From Octopus vulgaris (lineage: Eukaryota): a stretch of DNA of 64,000 nt. The stretch lies in contig OX597815.1 of the NCBI GenBank assembly GCA_951406725.2, forward strand, positions 18,228,001 through 18,292,000, read 5' to 3'. Positions within the stretch are counted from its first letter, which is position 1, and every line of letters starts with the position of its first letter. Below the pieces are notes generated by a model. That model ran no database searches, had not been told where the DNA came from, and saw only the letters and a program-made list of their open reading frames with translations. This document shows positions 38,904-52,875 of this stretch, piece by piece. Position numbers and translations under genes: made by a program.

Positions 38904-40200
38904 GATCCTGGCTGCTCTATGATACTGGAATTAATTTCGTATGGGATTCCTTTATTCTTAAAGCGTCACATGTAGATAGCCAGAGACGTGACGTAATGTC
39001 TTTCCGGAACCCTAAAACAGGACCTATGGTTGTACAGGCGGCGCTTAGAGGCAGTTCTGGCTGACCCGATATATCTCTGAACTTGCCCATAAAACGCCAA
39101 AAAAAGCCGGTTGCCCATGCAGGGAGTACAATGATTGCCCAGTTGGGGAGGGGGGGACAACTGCGAGGCTGAGGGAGTCGTATTTGAGGCTGTAGTGGTT
39201 CGAGCCTTAACATCCAGAGTAATAGCAGCAGCAGGTCTTCCAACAACATCGATGACAATGGTGGAGGTGGCAGCGACGGCAACGTATGAAGCGGCAGAAA
39301 CACCAGCACCGGCAGCAACGACCGCAGTACTAACACCAGCACTACGGCCGGAGATGACCACACCAGTACCAGAACCACCAGCGAAGCTATCAATCCCACG
39401 CCCAGTATTAGCAGCGACGGCAGCCACAACACCATCGGCAACAGCTGCAGCAATACCAGCACTACGGCGGGGGATTACTTACTGAAACGGCATCAACTAC
39501 AATGATATCGCCAGACCCACGCCCCGTAATAACAGCGCCGATGACAGCTCTAACGACAGTAGCGGTAACAACAACAATTTCAGGGTCGGAGCCAACAGAA
39601 GATACACCAGAGGCTTGAACATAACTAGCACGCACGTTCGGAGATACATCGGGTCAGCCGGAAATGCCTTTAAGCGGCGCCTGTACAACCACACGTCCTC
39701 TTTTAGGATTCCGGAAAGGCATTACGTTACGTCCTTGGTTAGCTACATGTGATGCCTTAAGAATGAAGGAATCCCATACGAAATTAAATCGAGGATCATA
39801 GAGCAGCCAGGGTCCTATATAAACGTGAGCGGACGATGCAAGCTTTGCATTGCAGAGATTCACTGGACTAAGAATCTTTCTTAAACTCAAGGAATGTGAT
39901 CTATTCTCCCTTCCTCCATTTCAAACGCTACTTGCTGCAGGCGTGGGATTCTCCGTTCGTCGATTAGATCTGGAAAAAGTTCTTGCAGACCGGAAATATC
40001 TAACCGGATCGGTCTAAATCGTTCTATTTAAAGCTCAAACAGTGTATATTATACTTTCTTTACAAATTATCTGACCGTAACAGTTTTCTACCAGAGGTTT
40101 GAAGAGAGGTTATACGTCCTCCGCTATATGAGTCTCACGAGTCGTCTATAAAGCTAAGAGCTTCATGGATGCGAAACCAGTGGACAATATGTGACAGGAC
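38901..40200 (+). mobile_element. Penelope-like element (Neptune-type) 3' part with GIY-YIG endonuclease and inverted 5' piece
   Basis: CPCREYNDCPVG..NC (~39111-39165), GVVFEAVV, then YIGSAGNAFKRRLYNHTSSF...CKLCIAE (39645-39857). Inverted diverged copy at 38901-39082; flanked by (TA)n. Confidence 0.85.
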
Positions 40201-40231
40201 ATATATTTAACTGCATGTATATATATATATA

Positions 40232-40295
<64 letters not shown>

Positions 40296-40302
<7 letters not shown>

Positions 40303-40800
40303 CTATGGTTGCAGAACAAACAAATATAAGAAAAATGTGTGAATATAGTCCATCGCGGTTAAAAGTGAATGATTAATATTTTAGCGACTAAAAATATATA
40401 TTTATCATTACAACATCTAGAATAATAAATACATAAAAATATTAAAAAATATATAAATATATAGATATATACAAAGATATAGAAATGCATATATATAGGA
40501 AACATATAAATAAATAATATATAAGGTAAGATAAAAGTTCATCGTTTAGAAATTTTTTCGATTAAAAATTACTTTTCAAGATAAGGGAAACCTATTGTTA
40601 AAAGCCAGTGTCCAAGCAAAAAAAAAGAAGAAACCATGTTTACATTCCCTATGGCCATTTCAGGGGTTCATCACCGTATTTAATGCACGAGGGTGCATCA
40701 TAATAATTACTCCTTCATCAGGGTTTGGTTAAGGAGGTCTCGCCCTGGTACGTGATGTGTGTTTCTTTATTTTTTCCCTGATGAAGGAGTAATTACACAC
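40296..40800 (-). mobile_element. Penelope-type non-autonomous element with hammerhead motif
   Basis: Terminus tatattaaactatggttgcagaacaaacaaatataag shared with 56165; inverted repeat 40704-40723/40776-40795; minus-strand cc-CTGATGA-agg..cct-GAAA-tggcca-TA-ggg at 40645-40723. Confidence 0.6.
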
Positions 40801-41016
40801 ATACCGGTGTAAAAGTGATAGGAAATACCAATTTACATATTAGACTCATTCTTGGAAGTTGGTACGTAAATACAAATGATTTGTAGTTGTGTAGTATTTT
40901 GTTAGGCGACCATAATATACTATATTAAAGTATATTAAAGTATATCAAATAACTTTACACTGCGATATATAGTTGCTATTTAAGTAATATGTTCGAGGAT
41001 GATTAGTGAATTATAT

Positions 41017-41064
41017 GGGTGCTGACGAAGGGGCAAACCCCCCTAAAATATGGCACATACGCCC
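41017..41064 (+). ncRNA. Degenerate type I hammerhead motif
   Basis: gggtg-CTGACGA-agggg caaa cccc-ct-AAAA-tatggcaca-TA-cgccc: stems I and II intact, GAAA mutated to AAAA. Confidence 0.5.
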
Positions 41065-41642
41065 ATTGCCCATTTTTCATCTTCGATATCATTGCTTGTT
41101 TACATCTGACGTCTCGGATACGAAACGTAGAAGCAAAAATCAATGCTGGCTATAATTTCTATAGAATATCTGTAGAAATAAATAAACTTAACAAATTACT
41201 TTTCGCAATATATTTTACCCTCTTGTCTTTTATTGTTTCACACACTTGTATATAGCTACCAACCAATTTTGATTGAATGTTTTGTATTAAGTTCGTCTCC
41301 CCGTCACATTATGCACGAAAAAAGTGGTAAATTTAAATGGAGTATACAATCAATTTATCATTAAAAAAAAAAAAATCCTACAGAAATTCTGCTCGGTTAA
41401 GAAGTCAAATATATTTTCTATTTTTTTCTTGTCTAGTCTTATTAATTCTTTTTTTTTTTTGAAGTATTTTATTTTTATCTCCGTTTCACTTTGAAAGTAA
41501 ATTCTAGTCATCCAGTACTGGCAAGGAAATGAAGCTAATACTATGTACAATCATATAAAAAATCTAGTCAATAATAAAAAAATAAAAGATTTCTTCAATA
41601 TTAAAAATAAAAGATACAAGTCATAAGATTATATATGATATC

Positions 41643-43495
41643 TATTAAGTTGGCCAGAAAGTTCGTTCGCTTTTTAAAGCAAAAATAAGACGTAAGTTTT
41701 AACCCTTAAGCATTTAAACCGGCCATATCCGGCCAAAAGTATTCTGCCTGTTTTATGTTCAAACTGGCCAGATCTGGCCTCGCACACCAACCCTACAACA
41801 TCATCTTAAAAATTAACAGCTACCTCATCAAAATCTCATAGCTACAAGATAAGGCATGATTAGTTCAAAACAATGTGGATGAAAAAGCTTTAATTATGGC
41901 AGAATAATGTTAACGCTAAAGGGTTAAACAGAAAGCAATTTATACAATCAAAGATATAATACTCTTTAATTCCAGTATATTCTACTATTTCGTGGGCAGA
42001 TACATTATTCTCTGCTCAAAGAATTTCGCATGTTTTCTGCTGTCTACGGAAAAAGTCTTGCATATGAAATTGTTACATCCTCTTCAGAGTTGAAGGTCAG
42101 TCCTTTCGTTCGATGAATTTTGAAGAGAGCAGACCAGATGGAAATCTGGAGGTGGGAAAGGTCGGGCGAATTACGAGGGTCCGGCAAAACTTTCCTTGTA
42201 ACTCTAGACGCATCTGCAAAAAAGTGTGTAGTATGTCGTGAGGAAAGATAAGGATCTTAGAATTAGCAAGTGCCGGACGCTTCTGATGGGCCGCTGCATT
42301 TAGTTTGTTCTGCGTTTAATTTCTCCTAATTCATGGTCCTTTCCGTGGAAATAAGCTGGTAAAATACTACACATTTCCAATCCCACCAAATTTAAAGTAT
42401 AACCTTCTTCAGGTGAAACCCTACTGCGAAGAGAGTTGGTGGTCGTTCTCCGCACTTCCATCACGATCGTTTACGATTCATACAATCATTCAATGCGTGG
42501 GCTAATACTGCGCGCCTTCATTGGTCAGTTAAAGTTGAGACAGTGTCATGTGACAACTTGCTGGGGCTGCCTGCTGGAGCCTACCAGCAGGTACTTAAAG
42601 GGAGAAAATTTGACAAGTCAGTCAGTCGCCCGCTGACACTCGTTGACGCTACATCAAAGAGGCCAGGGAACAGAAGAAAGAAGACATGCACCCAACACCA
42701 GACCTGAGGACATCTCTGAGGGGGGGGGGGGCACGTCAAACGGTAGAGGAGTAGGGACTGAAACCGGACGTGGTTCCTCCTGACAATGTCTTGAGCTAAC
42801 TGAATTCTATAAAGGAGCTGTTGTGGGAGCAGACCACGAAACACGGTTGAAATCCCTCCTATCATAAAGGGTCCATTTTTCTCTCCATGACACCATTCTT
42901 CTCAAAAAGGGATGTTATCTTCACATTTCTGCAACAAACCGTAGATGAGAATCCATTGGGCAAGTTTAAATGTCGCTCAGTTGATTCGAGGCTCAAACGT
43001 CGAATCTGCTGACGCAACCAAGTTCATGCAAATGGTTTTCAATACTCGACTTGGATATTTGGGGAATATCTGGTTATACAATAGGGGTTAGTGACACTGT
43101 TAATTTCAGTTGGTCGACGAGAGCAAAGAACATCTTGAACCCAAAATTCTCCAAGAGATATCCTTAAAGTCACTTCTGGCATACACATTCCGTAACAGCA
43201 TCTTCTCTGCACTCAGCGCATATCTTCATAAATTTTGCCACTTTCTTGCTCTTTTTAAAATAAAAGTAAAGGATGAGGTGGCAATAATGTTCGTTTTGGT
43301 TTGCCATTTTCAAGGTGATCCCAAGATGCAAAATACAATCTGTCTCGCTACAAGTTTGAGTCAAACTACGTTCACGTGCCAAGTATCGAACGAGTACGCG
43401 TGCACAAGGGACAGACTGAAGTTAGCTGCTGATTAGGGTGCTTAACGTTTAGTGTCGGCAAAACCCGATCGGACATTTTGGCCAAACCATTATTA
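41643..43495 (-). mobile_element. Decayed Tc1/mariner transposon with two nested insertions
   Basis: Imperfect TIRs (tattaagttggccagaaagttcg / cggacattttggccaaaccatta). Minus-strand GFHLKKVIL*IWWD (~42380-42420) and SPDL..PDFHLVCSLQN (~42120-42175). Confidence 0.75.
41703..41923. mobile_element. piggyBac-type MITE
   Basis: TTAA on both sides (41699-41702, 41924-41927); TIRs ccctt(a/t)agc(a/g)tt. Confidence 0.8.
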
Positions 43496-43548
43496 ACTGG
43501 TATTGATATAATTATATAATTTATATAAAGTGAGAAGAAGCCCAGCGT

Positions 43549-43690
43549 GTATGTATGTATATATGTATATAAGTATGTATGTATGTATGTATGTATGTAT
43601 GTATGTATGTATGTATGTATGTATGCATGTATGTATGTGTGTATGTATGCATGTATGTATGTGTGTATGTATGCATGTATGTATGTATGA

Positions 43691-43723
<33 letters not shown>

Positions 43724-43774
43724 TGTATGTATGTATGCATGTATGTATGTATGCATATATGTATGTATGTATGA

Positions 43775-43807
<33 letters not shown>

Positions 43808-43842
43808 TGTATGTATGTATGCATGTATGTATGTATGTATGA

Positions 43843-43875
<33 letters not shown>

Positions 43876-43914
43876 TGTATGTGTGTATGTATGCATGTAT
43901 GTATGTATGTATGA

Positions 43915-43947
<33 letters not shown>

Positions 43948-43971
43948 TGTATGCATGTATGTATGTATGAA

Positions 43972-44007
<36 letters not shown>

Positions 44008-44026
44008 TGTATGTATGTATGTATGA

Positions 44027-44057
<31 letters not shown>

Positions 44058-44274
44058 CATGTATGTATGTATGTATGAATATATGTATGTATGTATGTAT
44101 GTATGTGTGTATGTATGCATGTATGTATGTATGTATGAATATATGTATGTACGTATGTATGTATGGATGTATGTATGTATGTATGTATGTATGCATGTAT
44201 GTATGTATGTATGAATATATGTATGTATGTATGTATGTAGGTATGTATGTATGTATGCATGTATGTATGTATGA

Positions 44275-44305
<31 letters not shown>

Positions 44306-44371
44306 GATGGATGGATGTATGTATGTATGTATGTATGTATGTATGTATGAATATGTATGTATGTATGTATG
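43549..44371. repeat. (TATG)n microsatellite with recurring GCAT and GAATATAT variants
   Basis: Direct reading. Confidence 0.95.
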
Positions 44372-44915
44372 ACTACTACTATATTCAAGCCACAGCAGAC
44401 AGACAGGATGTTCTTGAAGCCGAAGATTTTAAACTTACGGAGACAATATTTACATATCGCCTGAGGAAACACAGCTAGATCTCATAATGCAGGGAAACAG
44501 TTGCATAATCAAGTACCTGCACACCCGAAGAACTAGGTTGCGTGGAAACAATTTTAGTGATTAAAAAATAAATGTTCAACCGTGCCTCTTGACTCCAATG
44601 TTTTCAATTATCTATTCATACACTACATATGCCCAAACGCAAACCTGGAAGTACGTATAATATTACTATTGGATAGCACAGCATAAATCTTTTTACTGTA
44701 CTCTACAACGTTCTTACCAGAATGTACCATAACTATATAAATACATACACACACATATACATACGTACATACATACATGTATATATGTGTGTGTGTGTGT
44801 GTATTAAAAGATGCCAAAGGAATAAATGATTATCTTACAAGCTCCATTGAAGTTCATAAGATAATTGTTTATTGTCGTTTCTTTTCTTGTTACCGCTCTG
44901 TACCCGAATATATAT

Positions 44916-44967
<52 letters not shown>

Positions 44968-45019
44968 CAGTCGCACTCACCGAGCCCCTATGTGTGTACG
45001 TCTTTTGCTTGTTCATTAC

Positions 45020-45176
45020 CTGACAGGTGTTTGTTTACATCTACATCATATAGCATTTCGGCAAAAGAAACCGATAGAGTAGGTACGAGGAGGGGACGAT
45101 TTTTTGCGACTAAAGCTTCAAGGCGGTGCTCCAACGCGACCGTAGTCCAGTGACTGAAACAAGCAAAAGATAAAAT
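45020..45176 (+). mobile_element. Degenerate SINE-C 3' part
   Basis: cggcaaaagaaaccgataga...ggcggtgctcca...tgactgaaacaag. Confidence 0.65.
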
Positions 45177-46031
45177 ACGTATCTGGTGATTTCACGATTT
45201 CAATGAAATTGGTACAGATAGTGGAATATAAAATTATGTACTAAAACTGATACTGCTAAATGAGTAGAAAAATATAAATCCCTGTAACCAACGCTGATCT
45301 ATCGGAACTATTAGTGGCAATGTCATTCCTGACATCTTTATTTAAAGCACTAAAATAAAAATAGATCCCGCTGTTGTGAATTATCAGAGTGGCACAAAAC
45401 CTAGCCAGATAACAAAAACGTCTCGTGTTTATCAGTACGCTATATCGTGAATATGATGGCAAGATCGCGCCCCAAATTCCGGACCTAGATTTCTAACGAA
45501 ATATATGATAACACAAATAATAGACGAAATCGTATTATTTTGGTGCTATAAAATAAGGTCGTATAAATTAAGAGCATTTCAAGAAATAATCATGTAGCTT
45601 AATGTTAAGACATTACAGATCATTGAAGTCATATTTTGGGTGGTTTATTTCATCCATACAATCTTTTAGTGATAGCAATAAAACAACACGTTGGAAATAT
45701 TTAAAGTATTTTACGAGATTTATATTTCTTTCGTTGATCGTTGCTGGAAGATATCGTACTATTGATTTTTTTGAAGAGAACAATATAACATTGTTGTACA
45801 AAGTAATACTAACGCTCGATTTACCACTTCAATTTTAATAATCTGTCTCTCCGGCCACACGTGTGTACATACACATAGATACATACATACATACATACAT
45901 ACATACATACATACATACATACATGCACACACACATATATATATATATATATATAAACATATATACTCATGCACATGCACACACATATGTATATATAGAC
46001 AGACGCTCATATGGATGAAGACAGGTTAAAC

Positions 46032-46063
<32 letters not shown>

Positions 46064-46066
<3 letters not shown>

Positions 46067-46250
46067 CCGCGTGTGTATCGTTGGCGATTTCTTTTCCTCC
46101 GTCTTCCCTTCCTTGGATCTTTCCTCTTCCTGTGTTTCTGACGAAGAGCTCCGCTCGAAACGTTAAATCCTCCTTCTTTCTTTCCTTTCCTGAGCGTCCA
46201 ATAACACTATACTTGTTCCACGCACTCGCGTTGTTGTGTTCTCTCTTTTC
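46064..46250 (+). mobile_element. ~200-bp hammerhead-bearing element (copy 2, intact core)
   Basis: gttt-CTGACGA-a-gagc tcc gctc-GAAACGTT-aaat at 46134-46168. Confidence 0.75.
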
Positions 46251-47292
46251 TCCGGAAAGTTCGCGCCGATTTATAGTAGCTTACCTTTCGACTTATTTTA
46301 GAACATGGTTGAGTCCCTAAAATAGATTTTACTACACCTCCATTTAGAGCACAGTTTAATCTATCTTTTCATGGAAGAATGTTTATGTTCCTATAACCTG
46401 TGTTAATTCTGTAACCCTTTAAAATGGAAGATAAGAAAGTTCATTTTCGGTACTTGATGCTTTTCTTTTTCCGCCAAGGGAAAAATGCCTCAAGCAACCA
46501 ATGAAATATGCGCAGTTTACGGTGATGTTTCTTTATCGGAAAGAACCGTACGGAAGTGGTTCGCAAGGTTCCGAGCTGGAGATTGTAGCCTTATTGATAA
46601 AGAGCGATCAGGCAGACCATTCACTACAGATGATGACCAAATCAAGTCATTAATTGAGAATAACCCACATTGCACAACCTGAGAATTGGCAGAAAGCCTC
46701 AACCTATCGAAGTCCGTCGTTCATGAGCACCTGGTAAAGCTTGGGTACAGAAATCGCTGCGATGTTTGGGTACCACATGAGTTGAGTGGTACCCAACTTC
46801 TGGATCGCATTTCCATCTGTCATTCGCTTTATAAACGGAAAGAAAACGCGCCTTTTTTAAAGCAAATTGTGACAGGTGATGAGAAATGGATTATCTACTG
46901 AAATGTTCAGAGAAACCGATCCTGGAGTAAGCGACATGAGCCACCCTTAGCCACACCAAAAGCGGGTCTTTGCCCTAAAAAAGGTGTTATCCCACCCTCC
47001 ATATTCCCCAGATATTGCCCCTTTGGGGTTCCACTTATTCAGGTCTCTGCAGAATAGTCTTAATGGCAAAAATTTAAATTCCTTGGATGACGTAAAAAGA
47101 TACCATGATGAATTCTTTACCATGAAACCACCTCAATTCTGGGAAGAGGGTATTTTCAAGTTAAAGCAAAGATGGAGATGCGTTGTGCAACAAAATGGTT
47201 CATATTTGGTTGATTAAAAATGTAATGGCAAGTATTTATTGACCTTTTTCTCTCCTTTAAAAATCGGCACGAACATTCCGTACAACCCAATA
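46251..47292 (+). mobile_element. Mariner transposon, internally deleted
   Basis: Left TIR remnant tccggaaagttcgcgccgattt; right TIR aaatcggcacgaacattccgtacaacccaa+TA. Confidence 0.9.
46424..47217 (+). pseudogene. Mariner transposase pseudogene
   Basis: MEDKKVHFRYLML.., KWFARF, RSGRP, WVPHEL, IVTGDEKWI, HPPYSPDIAP. Frameshift, stops, and a deletion at ~46984 removing the second catalytic Asp region. Confidence 0.92.
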
Positions 47293-47835
47293 TATATCTG
47301 TGTATGTGTATGTGTATGTGTCCATGCATATATAGAAACATATGCACATATAATACACACGTACGCACATGTATGTGTGTGGTGAACAATTTTTTCTTGC
47401 TTATAGTGGACACTTGATACAGTTCTAATTTTATCCAGTTTATAAATAACCTTTTCGTAGTTTTTTTTATTAGTTTTGTCTTATCATTTTTCAAATATTT
47501 GTAATAATGAAGTTCTAGGTCAATTCCACTTGTCTAAATCTGTTTGGCTCAGGATGTGCCCTGATCGAGAAGGTCTAGGATCAATAGTAATTCAACCATG
47601 ATCGTGCATTCAACCATGATCTCTTAAGTGCATACAACACGACATTAACTAATATATCTTCTATTTCTACAAAACGGTAGGGAGTGAGTTGAAAGAACTA
47701 TACCTACTTGTAGCTGGTTCAAGATCACGTAGACGCTATTTCGTTAGCTTGTATGGATGGAGTGGTTGCTAGTAACAATAGTAACAGCTACATATTTTAA
47801 CTTGGAAAAAATATCTCGAGAATGATGTTATCATT

Positions 47836-48133
47836 CTCTTGTGTCTGGGGAGAGTAATTTTCTTTTTGTGCCTTGTAATATAACACACTCACCGGTAAAG
47901 ATTCCACTTTTTTCTCATTTTTTATTTTTCTAAAATAAAAATTATTGAAAAGGTTGTAAGACGCAACGAAAATTTTAGAAAAATAAAAAATAAGAAAAAA
48001 AATGAAAACTTTGCCGGTGAGTGCGTTATATTATAAGGCACAAAAAGAAAATGACTCTCCTCAGACACAATAGAATATGCTTCAACACACGAACTCATAT
48101 AAAGAATCTTGCAAACCAAATCCAAAAACGAAA
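47836..48133 (+). mobile_element. Fold-back element (copy 2)
   Basis: Homologous to 31556-31904; 12-bp TSD gatgttatcatt at 47824-47835 and 48134-48145. Confidence 0.8.
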
Positions 48134-48489
48134 GATGTTATCATTGATGTCATTATAGCTGTTGCTTATTTATTGAAATAGTTATGCCTCTGATATCTTT
48201 TATCAGTATCGCTTCAGTCGCGGCTACGAACGAAGTTTGTCTCTTTTAAATTGATTAAAAGTATGTTATCTAGATCTTTCTGTATCAATACAGCTTGATC
48301 AATTTCAAGTAATCAATCACTGAATCAATCTGGCAAGATATCTTGACCGGACAAATTTTACATTCCAGCAGACTTACCTCAATGTTGTAAGACTTTAAAT
48401 TTATGGATATGGTGAGTGAAGTATTTGCTAACATCTATCAATCTTGAACACTATCAACAGAACACTAGAGATTTCGTTTTTACTTACTT

Positions 48490-50187
<1,698 letters not shown>

Positions 50188-50207
50188 ATCTATCTATCCA
50201 TCCATCC

Positions 50208-50289
<82 letters not shown>

Positions 50290-50770
50290 ATATATGTGTG
50301 TGTGTGTGTGTGTGGCTTTTATATATATACGCTTGTATATGTCTATGTATATATATTATATATATGTACACTAGTATATGTTCATTTGTATATATGTACA
50401 TATGCATGTACGAGGATGTGATTAAAAATTATTTCTGTTAAGTTTCCAAATCGAGCAGTCCAATTGCTAAGACATCTTGTCACATTAAGAAATAAATGAG
50501 ATCTTCAACTTCCATCGATTCCTTCATTTTCGGATACCTCTGTGTCAAGACAGCTTTGACCTTTTTGTGAAAGCTAGAATAATGATTGTTTTCAATTGGC
50601 AAAATGCCACATGTCTTTAGAGGTAAAAATACATTGATTGATTCAGCTGGTGTAAATTTCATAGATATCGGTTGGATAGCCTCGGAAGAATATCTTTATC
50701 AAGTTTCATTTAGTTTAAAAGCAAGTAAATAGAAGAAAAAATAACACTGAAACATATTTTTGTAACACAA

Positions 50771-51358
50771 TAGGCGCAGGAGTGGCTGTGTGGTAAGTAG
50801 CTTGTTTACCAACCACATGGTCCCGGGTTCAGTCCCACTGCGTGGCATCTTGGGCAAGTGTCTTCTACTATAGCCTCGGGCCGACCAATGCCTTGTGAGT
50901 GGATTTGGTAGATGGAAACTGAAAGAAGCCCGTCGTATATATGTATATATATATATATATGGCTGTGTGGTAAGTAGCTTGTTTACCAACCACATGGTTC
51001 TGGGTTCAGTCCCATTGCGTGGCATCTTGGGCAAGTGTCTTCTGCTATAGCCCCTGGCCGACCAATGCCTTGTGAGTGGATTTGGTAGACGGAAACTGAA
51101 AGAAGCCTGTCGTATATATGTATGTGTGTGTGTTTGTGTGTCTGTGTTTGTCCCCCTAGCATTGCTTGACAACCGATGCTGGTGTGTTTACGTCCCCGTC
51201 ACTTAGCGGGTCGGCAAAAGAGACCGACAGAACAAGTATTGGGCTTACAAAGAATAAGTCCCGGGGTCGATTTGCTCGACTAAAGGCGGTGCTCCAGCAT
51301 GGCCGCAGTCAAATGACTGAAACAAGTAAATGACTAAAAGACTAAAAGACTAAAAGAC
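50771..51358 (+). mobile_element. SINE-C with duplicated 5' half
   Basis: Head-to-(TA)n segment occurs at 50771-50960 and again from 50961; (GACTAAAA)n tail. Confidence 0.9.
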
Positions 51359-51874
51359 TTCATCAAGTATTGATAGATTTTAATGGCTACCGTTTGTTTT
51401 ATATTCTAAAATGAGATAAAAAAAAAGGCAGCCCTCGTGATATTTTGCAGGACCACTCATAATTGTTGAAGTGAAGGAGGAAGATATCCTGAAACCGGAG
51501 ATTTGGCTTGTTTAAATTCTTGTAATGAAGTGAAAACTGTTAAGGCCACCCAAGGTACCAAGAAGTAGTGTTAAACCGGGTGAACGGATTTGATCTTGAA
51601 AACAAGAACAACTATAGGCAAGAAATCACATCAGGTGATATCTTGGGCAATTTCCGTGTAAACCTGATCCATGGCACTACAAGATACTTTTGCAAATTAC
51701 TGCGCTATTGGAATCGATTGCGGAATCATGTGATTATGAAGTATATTGTTAATTGCAAAGCTATACCTGTACTAATTGTAAGACGAAGTGTTTAATAACA
51801 AACATCAAAAGGGTTCTCATTCCTAAGGTATTTTTCGATGTTGCTATTGTTGCTGTTGTTGTTGTTACCGTTAC

Positions 51875-51905
<31 letters not shown>

Positions 51906-51906
51906 A

Positions 51907-52137
51907 GGCGGCGAGCTGGCAGAAACGTAAGCATGCCGGGCGAAATGCGTAGCCGTATTTCGACTGCCGTTACGTTCTGAGTTCAAATTCCACCGAGGTC
52001 GACTTTGCCTTTCATCCTTTCGGGGTCGATAAATTAAGTACCAGTTACGCACTGGGGTCGATGTAATAGACTTGATCCGTTTGTCTGTCCTTGTTTGTCC
52101 CCTCTGTGTTTAGCCCCTTGTGGGTAGTTAAGAAATA
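51907..52137 (+). mobile_element. SINE-B monomer inserted in (ATT)n
   Basis: Full head to tail. Confidence 0.92.
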
Positions 52138-52214
52138 TATTATTATTATTATTATTATTATTAGTAGTAGTAGTAGTAGTAGTATTGTTATTGTTATTAT
52201 TGTTGTTATTATTA

Positions 52215-52875
52215 TTCAGGTTACTGGCTGGAATCGAATTCGGAATATTGGGGTTAGTAGCCCACGCTCTTAACCACTACACCTCTATGCCCGTGGGCAA
52301 TTACGGAGTGAATGTTAGGGCTTATAAAACTAATATTCTCCTATCCTTTCTTAATACCCATATGCTGTTCATATATGCACTCGGTCTACTTAGGCAGTTG
52401 TTGTGTCCTAGCACGTGCTGCTTCTTTTAGTTTTCGTATTTCCCAGTGGCGTTCTCTGTCTATTATTTTAACTTCATCACACACGGGGAGGTGTTCTCCA
52501 TATTTCCATACATGATCAGCTATACCCGATTTATCAATATCTCCTTGTGTCACAACTTTGCGATGTTCGTCTACCCTTATTTTGAGGGGGCAGCATGTTT
52601 CGCCTTTGTATTAACTACCACAGCTGCATGGGATGGATTACACGCAGTTCTTGGTCATATTCTCTTCTATTGGTGGTTTTACTCGGAGATATTTGCGAAG
52701 TGTTGTATTACTTTTGAATACTGTCCTGATGTCATATGGGCCGTATATCTTTTGTATCTTTTCGGAGAGGCCTTTCACATAGGGCAGGCATACTGTGGAC
52801 AGTTTATCGGTTTCATCCTCTCTTTTCTTCATAATTGGAGTGACGAGTATGCTTTTGGAGTGGAGATTTTGTAAA
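52215..52875 (-). mobile_element. Penelope-like element 3' part (GIY-YIG), decayed
   Basis: VCLPYVKGLSEKI..., NCV*SIPCSCG..YKGET...RVDEHRK...SGIADHVW, typical of the PLE linker + GIY-YIG domain. Confidence 0.85.

Noticed and set aside
39135-39485. Ala/Thr/Pro-rich ORF resembling a mucin-like host protein
   Set aside because: It lies in frame between the two halves of a Penelope GIY-YIG domain, so it is element sequence.
40090-40185. tTGAAGA...GAAA hammerhead candidate in the PLE 3' region
   Set aside because: Could not build stems I and III or a UH cleavage site.
43372-44472. 366-aa ORF and the many YIYI/HTYI/MYVC/NNNN ORFs
   Set aside because: Translations of stop-free microsatellites, not genes.
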